Positions 51,916-64,000 of a stretch of 64,000 nucleotides of DNA are shown piece after piece (the stretch's first letter is position 1; the number at the start of each line of letters is the position of its first letter). The stretch is from Ptychodera flava (taxonomy: Eukaryota): positions 2,452,078 to 2,516,077 of the forward strand of contig NW_027248355.1 in the NCBI RefSeq assembly GCF_041260155.1, written 5' to 3'. A program made the position numbers and the translations under genes. A model generated the notes under the pieces. It ran no database searches. It saw nothing but the letters and a program-made list of their open reading frames with translations, and had not been told where the DNA came from.

Positions 51916-52248
51916 TTAAGGCTGAATAAATATGTGAAAACTGAATAAAAGATTTGAATTTTTTTCAGGTGCTTGCCTTTGACAAAGAAACGACTCACTT
52001 AAAAGAAAAATGAAAGAAAGAAAGAATGAAACATAAGAGATGGATTGATGGAAATAGACATATCATAAATGGATGAATGAATGCATGAATGAAAGGTTGG
52101 AGGGAGCGTTAGTTTCTTTTATTGTCGGCAAATGTTTTGTAGTGCGTGTTTTGGTATGAGTTCAGGGATTTTATGTTTTTTAGAGAAAAGCTATATATCA
52201 CTGCAAGTGGATCATAACTGTGTAAATCTTGCTTGTTTCTTTGAAAAG

Positions 52249-52491
52249 ATCACTTGAAATCTGTCTGAGTGAAGTTGCCAGATGCGATTTCTTCATCGGC
52301 ATCCTCGGTGAGAGGTACGGATGGATTCCAGAACGTTACGTGGCACCGGACACGGATGACTTTGACTGGCTGAAGGACTATCCGTCTGGTCGATCCATCA
52401 CAGAACTTGAGATGCAACATGCCGGGCTGTGTGATCCTGTGAACGCTGCAGACAAGGCATTTTTTTATCTGAGAGATGATGAGTTTACATG
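52249..52491 (+). CDS. TEP1: TEP1 exon (DUF4062-like region continued): SLEICLSEVARCDFFIGILGERYGWIPERYVAPDTDDFDWLKDYPSGRSITELEMQHAGL...FYLRDDEFT
   Basis: Donor GTAAAT. Matches human '[54 protein letters not shown]...IYFRDSSF'. The acceptor AG at 52247-52248 fits the phase. Confidence 0.8.
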
Positions 52492-52640
52492 GTAAATGGC
52501 TTCATTTGTTTTATTTTCCTGTTGTCCATGTCTTTCTTAACATGTGTGGAAAGTTTGATGAGATAGAATTGTTGAAATGAATAGTAAAATGATGAAAAAC
52601 ATAAACAGAAGCCAGGTTGACATTAAGGGTGGGTGGGGGG

Positions 52641-52684
<44 letters not shown>

Positions 52685-52801
52685 TTGATATTTTGTATGC
52701 AGAGAGAGAGAGAGTTCATATGCGTCAGGTATACTCACAAACTTAAACATAGCAGAGACTGACAGACAGATCATAGGAAAGAGAGAGAATGTCTGATGAA
52801 C

Positions 52802-52851
<50 letters not shown>

Positions 52852-53042
52852 GTGTTAATTTATAGAGGAGTGTTTTTGCTTTTCAGGCAGTCAAGATGAT
52901 TTATTATTTGTTTAAGAAATACACCATTATGATTATAGTATAATCTGTCAAAGATTTAGGAACATGTGATTTAGTTACAAGTCTGTGTTTGTTATATTAC
53001 TAGTAGTGATCTCAATGTATTATTGATAACTCTGTTTATTAG

Positions 53043-53156
53043 GTCAGTACCAGCAAAACATAGAGCAGATCTGCTGACCGAATCAAGTTCTTCCAGAGAC
53101 AAGATCAACAACTTGAAAGAGAGATTACGAAAGAGTGGTTTGGAAGTATTTGATGG
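53043..53156 (+). CDS. TEP1: TEP1 exon: (W)SVPAKHRADLLTESSSSRDKINNLKERLRKSGLEVFDG
   Basis: Acceptor ctctgtttattag and donor GTAAGT. Matches human '[39 protein letters not shown]'. Confidence 0.75.
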
Positions 53157-53219
53157 GTAAGTTTGGATTGCAGTTGTTGTTGGATGGAGATTTGAGTTTA
53201 TCACAGAAAGGCTAAATAG

Positions 53220-54840
53220 TATTTAGAAATGATGCAATATTCACCATATGAATACAATGCCCCATGTGTACATCATATTCAAAATTAATATTGATACTTG
53301 TAAGTTACAATATGAAAATTGTATTTACAATTAATTTGGATACAGTGTTTCATGTGTGCACTGTATTCACAATAAATATGGCTACTGTGTATTGTATGTA
53401 GAATGTATTTACAATTAATATGGAATACAGTGTACTGAAAAACACTTTGAATTAGCTGCTTGCTGATATGGATACAATGTACTTTAGGTACATTGTATTC
53501 AAATTTACATAGAGATTTATGTACATTCTATTCATAACTATTATGGATCCAGACTGTACTTTATGTACTGTGTACTCATAATTGATATGGATTTATGTAC
53601 ATTTTATTCAGAATTAATATGGATACAGACTGTACTTTATGTACATTTTATTCATAATTAATATGGATTCATGTATATTTTATTCAGAATTAATATGGAT
53701 ACAGGCTGTACTTTATGTACATTGTATTCATAATTAATATGGATTCATGTACATTTTATTCAGAATTAATATGGATACAGACTGTACTTTATGTACATTG
53801 TATTCATAATTAATATGGATTCATGTACATTTATTCAGAATTAATATGGATACAGGCTGTACTTTATGTACATTGTATTCATAATTAATATGGATTCATG
53901 TACATTTTATTCAGAATTAATATGAATACAGACTGTACTTTATGTACATTGTATTCATAATTAATATGGATTCATGTACATTTTATTCAGAATTAATATG
54001 AATACAGACTGTACTTTATGTACATGTATTCATAATTAATATGGATTCATGTACATTTTATTCAGAATTAATATGAATACAGACTGTACTTTATGTACAT
54101 TGTATTCATAATTAATATGGATTCATGTACATTTTATTCAGAATTAATATGGATACAGGCTGTACTTTATGTACATTGTATTCATAATTAATATGGATTC
54201 ATGTACATTTTATTCAGAATTAATATGGATACAGACTGTACTTTATGTACATGTATTCATAATTAATATGGATTCATGTACATTTATTCAGAATTAATAT
54301 GAATACAGACTGTACTTTATGTACATTGTATTCATAATTAATATGGATTTATGTACATTTTGTTCAAAATTAATATGGATACAGGCTGTACTTTATGTAA
54401 ATTGTATTCATAATTAATATGGATTCATGTATATTTTATTCAGAATTAATATGGATACAGGCTGTACTTTATGTAAAATGTATTCATAATTAATATGGAT
54501 TCATGTATATTTTATTCAGAATTAATATGGATACAGGCTGTACTTTATGAAATTGTATTCATAATTAATATGGATTCATGTACATTTTATTCAGAATTAA
54601 TATGAATACAGACTGTACTTTATGTACATTGTATTCAAATTTACATAGAGATTTATGTACATTCTATTCATAACTATTATGGATCCAGACTGTACTTTAT
54701 GTACTGTGTACTCATAATTGATATGGATTTATGTACATTTTATTCAGAATTAATATGGATACAGACTGTACTTTATGTACATTTTATTCATAATTAATAT
54801 GGATTCATGTATATTTTATTGATTATTATTATTAATATGG
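53220..54840. repeat. 76-bp satellite (two sub-repeats of 44 and 32 bp, both starting taatatgga…), ~18 units plus degenerate flanks
   Basis: Direct reading; the period was measured from recurring 'taatatggatacag' markers. Confidence 0.85.
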
Positions 54841-55283
54841 ATATAGTGTACGTACAGTGTATTGACAGTACAGATACGATGCACAGACAAATAATTAGAA
54901 AAAGACATTGAAAGAGACACATTATATTCAATATAAGTGCACTCACAAAAACAGTCCTTTTTTGTCACTTTTTGTACAATGCAGAAGATTTACGCTGCAG
55001 CAAAATATTGTTCAAATTAAGGGACACTCTATGCAAAGTTGTGGAAACATACCATAATATCTACAAATGATATGCAGAGTATACATTATGGATTTGCAAT
55101 AGGTGTGTACAGGAGGGGGTTCACGTCAAAGTTTACAAAGAATCTACAAATGAGATACAAAGCAGACACTATGATGTCATAATGTATACACCATGTATAC
55201 ATTAAATTGCAGCAAGCTGTAGCATACCCCATTTAACAGCAAAGAAGTACAAAGATAACTTCCTGTTTATTTTCCCTTTGCAG

Positions 55284-55407
55284 CTATCCCTGTGAATTTT
55301 CCGGAAAGATTGTGGATGGCGTACCTGTACTTGGTGGACTGGAACAGTTTGGAACCCGAGTTCTCAATAACCTGTGGAATGCCATTCTGAAGAAATACCC
55401 TGATGAG
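55284..55407 (+). CDS. TEP1: TEP1 exon: YPCEFSGKIVDGVPVLGGLEQFGTRVLNNLWNAILKKYPDE
   Basis: Acceptor tttccctttgcag and donor GTACGT. Matches human '[37 protein letters not shown]'. Confidence 0.85.
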
Positions 55408-56632
55408 GTACGTGTTGTGTGTGTGTGTGGCATATACGCAGAATTATACAGATTCAGTACCATTGCTGTACATGCAGTCTTTTGTATTCTGATATCGTTT
55501 ACCAGCTAGTTTATGTCCACTTACGGTATTAAGATACCTACCCAGTACAAGTTTCCTGTAAGTGAAAACATACAATACACTGACAAGACACTGGCATATT
55601 AGGTAGCTCTTTGTGGTGCAAGAAAATATGTTACCTGTACTGATTTTATTAATTATTTGTCAGTGCCATTGAATCTGTATTTTGAATACAATGTACATAC
55701 AGTACAATTTACATACTTTACATTGTATCCATTATGTCATACACTTTGTTCATCTTGTATCAGTTCTAAATACTTTGTAGCATTTCTTTGATAAACTGTC
55801 ACATCTCTATCTCCATAAGAGTGGCACAAAGAAATTTCATTTATATGCGCCTCAGGGATAGATATTCGGACTCTCAAATTGTCCTAAATGCTTTTTGGTC
55901 TACCACTTGTGGGGGCTCATTTAAAAGCTTGTGGAGTAAAAAAAAATTTCATTGTCCTAGTTTTTTTGAAATCGAAAATTGTATTTTTCTCCGTAGAGTA
56001 AAAACAGGGATGGCGGCCATTTTGAATTTCAAATATTCGCAAATCTTGGCTTTTTATTTTTTCTCTAGTACCAAAATTTGCACTGTGACGCCAGATTTTG
56101 ATTCTTGATAATGGTAAGAGAACGGTTGAGGAAAATTTGAGCAAAAGTTTTAGTCTTTCACTTTCAAAGTGCGGTACTTTTATGTAAAGCTGACTCAGAG
56201 AAGACTCTAAGAAACTGACTTAGAGGATTAAGAAATCTTTAACCCTTTCACCAAGATGGTTTTGCCCGAACCCATTGTTATCAATGGTGAATGTGGACCT
56301 GTTTACAGGGAATTGGGGGTGAACAGGTTAAAGTTGCAGGGTACACTGTCTAATACTACAAGTAGTGTAAGAACTACAACCATGGATATGTGAATGCTAC
56401 AAGTCAAATAATTATATTGTACCTTAGACTATGACTAGGTTAGATTCCTGTAAATCACTGTACTATATCAACAACATTCGACTGCCTCTACCATGTTCTG
56501 TTAAAACACATTCATTGACTTGATTTCTCACCAATACACTCTTAGCAAGCATAGCTTGATGATTCCAACTAAAAAACATATCAGCAACAGTAACAGATGA
56601 AACTGACTCAGTTATTATCTCATTCAATGCAG

Positions 56633-56815
56633 GAGGTGGTCGAAGATGAAATTTCCCATGAAGCCTTGCTCCATGAGGCCTGCCTTGAAAACTACCTGGA
56701 GACGTTTGTTGGCAGGAAGGCCATCTTGAAGCAATGCATGGAATCAATCCAGGCTTGCAAGCAGGGAATGCTTGTTATCCATGGGAAAGCAGGCTCTGGA
56801 AAATCGGCACTTATG
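56633..56815 (+). CDS. TEP1: TEP1 exon (NACHT N-terminus with Walker A): EVVEDEISHEALLHEACLENYLETFVGRKAILKQCMESIQACKQGMLVIHGKAGSGKSALM
   Basis: Acceptor cattcaatgcag and donor GTAGGT. Carries the P-loop motif GKAGSGKS, aligning with human 'GRLSLVTGQSGQGKTAFLASLVS'. Confidence 0.8.
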
Positions 56816-57392
56816 GTAGGTTAATGTTTGTAATGCATTATAACATCTTTTCCTTTTCATTCTTAGTTTAGCTACAATGATATAAACCATTACTAGGACT
56901 ACCAGGTGTGTCTGAAATCTGAAAAAAATTCATTGTTATAATTTAATAGTACTGTTGTATGATACACTTTTCAGTACAGTATGTGACGGTAAAACACTTA
57001 ATTAGAAATCACACAGTCACATGACATAAGTGACTGTACATTACTGCTAAGTTTTGTCATAAAAACTTGAGTGCAAGAGGTGTATGTCACTCAAAAAGTA
57101 CCCATAATAAACAAAAGTATTGCCAGGATCATTAATCTAGACTGTATGTTATATGTCATGTCTCAAGGCTAACCACAATGTAGGAATATTGTCAGCCATT
57201 CAGTCAGCCAAATACTCAAACTTTTAGCAAGTCTAAGCAACCATTAGTAAATTCATCAAAATGGGGCCTGGGGGAATTTATCGTAGAGTAACACTATAAT
57301 TACATGCAGACGTGTGAGGTATGCAGTATGTTGTTGATGACCAGTTTAATGTGTTATGCTCATGAAAATACACACTATGAAGGTTGTTTTTA

Positions 57393-57515
57393 GTCCCTGC
57401 TGACGCAGTCTGGTGGGGGGAAATCTACCAAGCTACCAAGCATGTAATTCAATCACCCTAATTCAGACACAATAATCCAGCGGGGACTGTGTTATCAACG
57501 ATGACTTGTTCGATT
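57393..57515 (+). mobile_element. Minimal (solo) version of the composite element: head ttagtccctgctgacgcagtctggtgggggg… and tail …gcggggactgtgttatcaacgatgacttgtt with no internal satellite
   Basis: Shares both the head and tail motifs of the satellite-carrying copies. Confidence 0.55.
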
Positions 57516-57869
57516 AAAATTGGATGGGCCTTTCCATCTAAAAAGACATTTCATAATGGAATTAATAGATTGTCTGAATGAATGGTGTCTCTTGTACATA
57601 AAACAAACAATGATACACTGTATAGTGCTATTAGTTGTAATCTTGAGGGTACTTATAATGCCCTTGTTTGCCAGTTTGATTGTCAAATTAAACGTGTAGT
57701 ACCAATTTCATATTTTTTTGTAACTGAAACCGGCAATCAGGTAGTGTAAGCCCTGTGTCAACATGTTCCTGTGTCATGTTCATATCTGTGTCATACCATC
57801 CTTGGTGGAGACCATCATTATACAATGAACTGTGGAGGACTGGAATCTCATTACTTGTAAAGATCCATT

Positions 57870-57906
<37 letters not shown>
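57870..57906. repeat. (AAT)n microsatellite
   Basis: Direct reading. Confidence 0.9.
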
Positions 57907-57908
<2 letters not shown>

Positions 57909-59184
57909 GGTTCTTATATAGCGCACACATCCACAAGTTCATGAGCTCAGGGTGCTTTACAATTATTATTACCACTGGTCACTGGACCTACGGTGGTATG
58001 ATGCCACTCAACTCACAGGGGAGCAAACAACAGCTCACATGTGCAGCCAATAACGCACACATTACAACCACTGTCCTACCAGGTACCCATCACTCCTGGG
58101 TGGGGAGAAGCAATGAGGAATAAAGTGCCTTGCTCAAGGACACAACACCATAGCCATGCCGGAGCTCAAACTCACTATCCTGTGATCATGTGTCCACTGC
58201 TCGAGCAATTGGGCCATGATGCCTCCTTGTACTGAAAAAAGTAATTATTAAATATCATTGTGTGGAGATATTATGGTCTGGTGAGCATGGGGTTAGAAAA
58301 TTAAAAAAGGCTCATACACGAGAGACTGTCGACCATAAATATTCAATCAACATTGGATCAATATTTACAAAATTGTGACACACTTACATGTATTCTGGAT
58401 GACTACAATATTTGCATTATCCTCAACGATGGATGGATGGCTTTCATGCAGGGAAAATTACCAGCAATTATGTCGGATATTACACAATGCCCATTACAAC
58501 AATGCTGCATGTTAGAACCACATGTTACTGAGCAAATATCCAAGGTTTTGAATGTAAAAAATAGATATAGGCAGCATGCAGGTACAGCTAGTTGTAATGT
58601 ACAATGTACATACGTCTCGGGGATGGTGTCTGTAGGGAGAAGTGGTAGGGGTATGCAGCCACACATAAAACCCCATATTGCATTTTAGACCAAAAATCTT
58701 GGTTTTCTTCAGACTCAATATGAGACCTATATAACCTTTGACCCTCGTAAAAACCTATTGCACAGAAAAATTCACAAAGCATTGTGGGGCAAAAGTAAAA
58801 CTTACCTCTGGCAGGATGGCACAAGCAAAGCAAATCTGATGTCCCAGGCTAAGTCATGATTTAATTTGCTGAAACGGAATAAACTAAAAAATTTTTGTAT
58901 TAAAACATTTTAAAAATATGGGGAAAATCTAAAAATTTAGTGCAAGAACATACATGTATGTTTCATAACCCATTTTATACCTTGGTCGCACTAAATGTAT
59001 ACCACCATAATTTAGACCACATAGTGACCCCCCTCCCCCAGTGACACATACATGTGTATGTACTGTATTGGCAAGTAATGGAATTCAAGTGACCCCCCAG
59101 GTGTATGTCATGTGATAAAAACACTGAAGTAAATTTTCAATATTTAACAATATGGTGCGCTTTTTGTCAAATTTATTGATAACG

Positions 59185-62100
59185 TTTACTCCCTACCGTT
59201 AAAGTGTGTTTAGGAACACGCATTTAATGTTTATAAGATTGTACAAGTGCTTTTCTTTTGTATCTCAGCGGAGCAGTTGAGGCAGAAAACAAAGACCTTG
59301 GTGACATGTAAAACCAACCCCCAAACGAGCATGATACCAGTTTACAACCAAATGCATTTTAGTGTATCAATAAACTGATAAGAACAACAGTTATGCTGTT
59401 CAGACCGGCCAATTTTTTGTCGGTGAAGCACCGGTGCTGGGCCTGGGCCGACGTAAAATAACCAATGTGGACAAGCTGCGCTGGCCTTGGGCTGACATAG
59501 TTTGGTTCTGGTAAGAAGCGGGTTCAGGGCCGATACAAAATATGGGCTGACGCAAATTGGCTTGTTACGTCGACCCCAGTCCCAGTTGACACCCTCAGCA
59601 AGTTTACACATGTAGGCCCACATCATTGTCATCTGTGTGGAGATTGTTATAGCATGGTTGAAGTTTGCCTGTAGGTGTATAATATAAGAGGAAATTTCAC
59701 TGATAAAAAATATATTTGAAGGTAATTACAATGAGTTTTAATCAGGCAATCAAGTATAGGTCATATGAAAAAATGAAAAAGTAGGAATTAAATTTAATCC
59801 ACGGACAGCTGACGCACTCACCGCGGATTTCATCAGGAGACAAAGTCCTGTATATCTGCATCATCATGACATAATCCGCTTGTGACTGTGTAAGTTTTGT
59901 AAAGACATTTCACGACTGATTTGTTTCCTAATGAACAGTTGCCATGGTGTGCTGCTAGTTTTTGCCTCAGTCGCTCCAGAGGTGTGACCATGTTTTCGCC
60001 AAGCAACAGTGCAAGCGGGGTATACAGTGATTGTGCATGAGAGAATGAGCCAGTTAATGTATGCCAAATGTACAATTTTGCTTTCATGTATTTAAAGTGG
60101 TATTTCTCTTGAAAAGCCACCGGTCGTTAAAACCCCCTACAGTGGGTTTCAAACCAGTGCCACAACTCTGTGTGTCTGAGAGTTTTAGCATCAGCGAAAG
60201 TTTTTAGAGTACCATGTGTTGCCTCAAAATCCTTTGGTGAAAGATCTTTTTCCCACTCAGGACTGAAAACTCGGAGCAGTCTGCCTGTTAACCCTTTGAG
60301 CACCAACCAAAGTCAATTTTTGTTGCCTTTATACAGAATATATCTCAGTCAAATTTTTTCAGATTTTTGCCAAAATTTTGATAAAGAAATGTAGCCAAGG
60401 AAATGTGATTTCCATTTGGTCCAAAATTATCAAAACAAATACAGAAAAATTCTGAAAATTTGGTAAAATGTTGCACTAAAATTTTGGTGGGAAAAATTAC
60501 ACCCCTGAAAGTGTTAACCTATGCCAAGGGAATGTACTTTTTAGAGAATAGTCTTTTTTTGTCCTGCACCTAGAGCTGCGATTTAATATTAAGCGCATTA
60601 TAAATATTCTTTATTATTATTATTACTAATACCTTTCAGCTGTAACTGTTACTAAATACAGCTACCGGTACACTGTACTGAGATCGACTGTTCAGCGATT
60701 GGATCAAGACAGAATTGCCCCGTGCTGGTTTACTGTAACTAATCCACTAGTCGGTTACTTTGAAATGTGTGGTGATACCCAAGCTAATCATTTATAAGTG
60801 TACATACAATGTGTCTGTCTCACAAACAGAGTTGGGGAACTAAAATGAAAATTAATGCATAGTTATTTGTGTTTGAACTCACATTCATGAACTTTTGGCT
60901 TGTACCATATTTACACTTCTTGGACTCATGTAGTTGGCCTAAAACACCTTGACTGAACATGTACAATACCAGAATCACATAACTTGTAGCTTTTGCCGCG
61001 CAGTTGCGGTAACTGCTGGTGCGGTAGCTTCGCGGTAACACCTCTTTTGTCAGCTGTTGATTTTCTTTGTTCTCGTTTGCGGTAACTAGTCAGTGTCAAT
61101 GAGGTAGCGCTGTGACCGACATTTTGGTTAAAATCTCACTCCGAAAGTCACCTCAAATGACTACATATATACACAGGCTAAAACTCAAATATGAAAAGTG
61201 AAAAGTGTGCCTACAGCTGTTATTACTGAATATTGATAAAAACATATTTTCAATATTATACATTGTGGCTGTAATTGTGAAGTTTTTCTGTTGCCTCTTG
61301 CTAAGTACAGAATTTTCAAGTACGGCATTTTCACAGAGATATGATGACTGTAATTTACTTACATTTACTCACTACCGATAAAGTGTGTTTAGGAACACAC
61401 ATTTAATGTTTATTAGATTGTACAAGTGCTTTTCTTTTGTATCTCACCGGAGCAGTTGAGGCAGAAAACAAAGACCTCGGTGACATGTAAAACCAACCCC
61501 CAAACGAGCATAATACCAGTTTACAACCAAATGCATTTTAGTGTATCGATAAACTGATAAGAAGAACAGTTATGCTGTTCAGACCGGCCAATTTTTTGTC
61601 GGTGAAGCACCGGTGCTGGGCCTGGGCCGACGTAAAATAACCAATGTGGACAAGCTGCGCTGGCCTTGGGCTGACATAGTTTGGTTCTGGTAAGAAGCGG
61701 GTTCAGGGCCGATACAAAATATGGGCTGACGCAAATTGGCTTGTTACGTCGACCCCAGTCCCAGTTGACACCCTCAGCAAGTTTACACATGTAGGCCCAC
61801 ATCATCGTCATCTGTGTGGAGATTGTTATAGCTTGGTTGAAGTTTGCCTGTAGGTGTATAATATAAGAGGAAATTTCACTGATAAAAAATATATTTGAAG
61901 GTAATTACAATGAGTTTTTAATCATGCAATCAAGTATAGGTCATATGAAAAAATGAAAAAGTAGGAATTAAATTTAATCCACGGACACCTGACGCACTCA
62001 CTGCGGATTTCATCAGGAGACAAAGTCCTGTATATCTGCATCATCATGACATAATCCGCTTGTGACTGTATAAGTTTTGTAAAGACATTTCACGACTGAT

Positions 62101-63520
62101 TTGTTTCCAAATGAACAGTTGCCGTGGTGTGCTGCTAGTTTTTGCCTCAGTCGCTCCAGAGGTGTGACCATGTTTTCGCCAAGCAACAGTGCAAGCGGGG
62201 TATACAGTGATTGTGCATGAGAGAATGAGTCAGCTAATGTATGCCAAATGTACAATTTTGCTTTCATGTATTTAAAGTGGTATTTCTCCTGAAAAGCCAC
62301 CGGTCGTTAAAACCCCCTACAGTGGGTTTCAAACCAGTGCCACAACTCTGTGTGTCTGAGAGTTTTAGCATCAGCGAAAGTTTTTAGAGTACCATGTGTT
62401 GCCTCAAAATCCTTTGGTGAAAGATCTTTTTCCACTCAGGACTGAAACTCGGAATTGTCTGCCTGTTAACCCTTTGAGCACCAACCAAAGTCAATTTTTG
62501 TTGCCTTTATACAGAATATACCTCAGTCAAATTTTTTCAAATTTTTGCCAAAATTTTGATAGAGAAATGTAGCCAAGGAAATGTGATTTCCATTTGGTCC
62601 AAAATTATCAAAACAAATACAGAAAAATTCTTAAAATTTGGTAAAATGTTGCACTAAAATTTTGGTGGGAAATTACAGCCCTGAAAGTGTTAAGCTATGC
62701 CAACCTACTTTTTAGAGAATAGTTTTTTTTTGTCCTGCACCCAGAGCTGCGATTTAATATAAAGCGCATTATAAATGTTCTTTATTATTATTACTAATAC
62801 CTTTCAGCTGTAACTGTTACTAAATACAGCTACACTGTACTGAGATCGACTGTTCAGCGATTGGATCAAGACAGAGTTGCCCCGTGCTGGTTTACTGTAA
62901 CTAATCCACTAGTCAGTTACTTTGAAATGTGTGGTGATACCCAAGCTAATCATTTATAAAAGTACATACAATGTGTCTGTCTCACAAACAGAGTTGGGGA
63001 ACTGAAATGAAAATTGATGCATAGTTATTTGTGTTTGAACTCACATTCATGAACTTTTGGCTTGTACCATATTTACACTTCTTGGACTCATGTAGTTGGC
63101 CTAAAACACCTTGACTGAACATGTACAATACCAGAATCACATAACTTGTAGCTTTTGCCGCGCAGTTGCGGTAACTGCTGGTGCGGTAGCTTCGCGGTAA
63201 CACCTCTTTTGTCAGCTGTTGATTTTCTTTGTTCTCGTTTGCGGTAACTAGTCAGTGTCAATGAGGTAGCGCTGTGACCGACATTTTGGTTAAAATCTCA
63301 CTCCGAAAGTCACCTCAAATGACTACATATATACACAGGCTAAAACTCAAATATGAAAAGTGAAAAGTGTGCCTACAGCTGTTATTACTGAATATTGATA
63401 AAAACATATTTTCAATATTATACATTGTGGCTGTAATTGTGAAGTTTTTCTGTTGCCTCTTGCTAAGTACAGAATTTTCAAGTACGGCATTTTCACAGAG
63501 ATATGATGACTGTAAGTGTC
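59185..63520. repeat. Tandem segmental duplication, 2 × ~2.18 kb (copy 1 59185-61364, copy 2 61365-63520), ~97-98% identical, each containing a family-B MITE
   Basis: Identical ORF pairs are offset by 2179 bp (59342..59632 versus 61521..61811) and 2162 bp (60820..61041 versus 62982..63203). The alignment continues along the whole unit. Confidence 0.9.
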
Positions 63521-63636
63521 CCCAGCATGTAGAACACCTTGTAACAGGCTTCTTGCTGTTGGTATTTCTGCTTTGAAGCCATGAGTCACAAATCCTCCAA
63601 AGGCTATTCATAAAATTTATTCACTTTTATTTTCAG

Positions 63637-63806
63637 GCTGCTTTGGCCAGGCAATGTGCAGAGAAGTTTTCCGACTCACACCATGTGATGGCGCACTTCA
63701 TAGGTGCCGTGCCTGGTTCTACCAACGTTGTGGCTATGTTTAGAAGGTTATGCCATGAACTGCAACGCAGATTCAATTTATCAGTGGAGATACCAAATGA
63801 TTTCAA
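63637..63806 (+). CDS. TEP1: TEP1 exon (NACHT continued): AALARQCAEKFSDSHHVMAHFIGAVPGSTNVVAMFRRLCHELQRRFNLSVEIPNDFK
   Basis: Acceptor cacttttattttcag and donor GTAAGC. Matches human 'ALQAPDGAKVASLVFFHFSGARPDQGLALTLLRRLCTYLRGQL'. The gene continues beyond the window. Confidence 0.8.
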
Positions 63807-64000
63807 GTAAGCGAACTAAAATTTTTTGACTTGAATCTTTTTTATTTTTATAAATTTCAATGATATGATATGCACATCATAGTTACAAAGTTCTTCATTA
63901 TTAGCAGACGCTATTCATTGAAGTAGATGATTTGCATGCATTTATCTCTCAGAAACAACAACAAGTACTTTGGACCACCTTTCATGTCTTCTGAATCATG

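Noticed and set aside
59342-60120. Minus-strand ORFs (96 aa and 95 aa) duplicated at 61521-62300
   Set aside because: They are duplicated only because they sit inside the 2.18-kb tandem duplication. They have no similarity and no exon signals.

Overview
This window is eukaryotic genomic DNA (AT-rich, intron-rich, dense in transposon and satellite repeats). It is not a prokaryotic locus, so bacterial operon or defence-island logic does not apply. The invertebrate-like repeat content (many TTAA-flanked MITEs and satellite-carrying composite elements) suggests a marine invertebrate, possibly a bivalve mollusc, but that is a guess.

The main gene is a plus-strand ortholog of TEP1 (telomerase/vault-associated protein 1). 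I can follow 21 phase-consistent coding exons from about 14,992 to the window end; the gene continues past 64,000. They encode, in order, the TROVE domain, a DUF4062-like 'FISSTFRDM...ERD' block and the start of the NACHT NTPase (Walker A 'GKAGSGKS'). Every exon boundary has an AG acceptor and a GT donor, and all codon phases match across introns.

The TEP1 introns are packed with repeats:
- At least four TTAA-flanked MITE families with CCC...GGG-type terminal inverted repeats (piggyBac-like), 2 to 12 copies each.
- Composite non-autonomous elements with conserved head and tail sequences that carry internal satellite arrays (150-bp and 226-bp units).
- A 293-bp higher-order satellite, a 57-bp minisatellite and a 76-bp satellite.
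- A 2.18-kb tandem segmental duplication.
- A CpG-rich 1.7-kb TTAA-flanked TIR element containing cAMP-response-element palindromes.

Upstream of TEP1 (1 to 14,400) I find no confidently identifiable gene. That region holds a (TA)n microsatellite tract, a CCAAT-box-rich CpG-containing stretch followed by an unusual GGG-periodic region, a MITE, and three long near-perfect hairpins. I found no rRNA gene, no convincing tRNA gene and no CRISPR array. The most 'system-like' item is TEP1 itself, a STAND/NACHT NTPase fused to an RNA-binding TROVE module, with an apparently lineage-specific RG-rich exon inserted.
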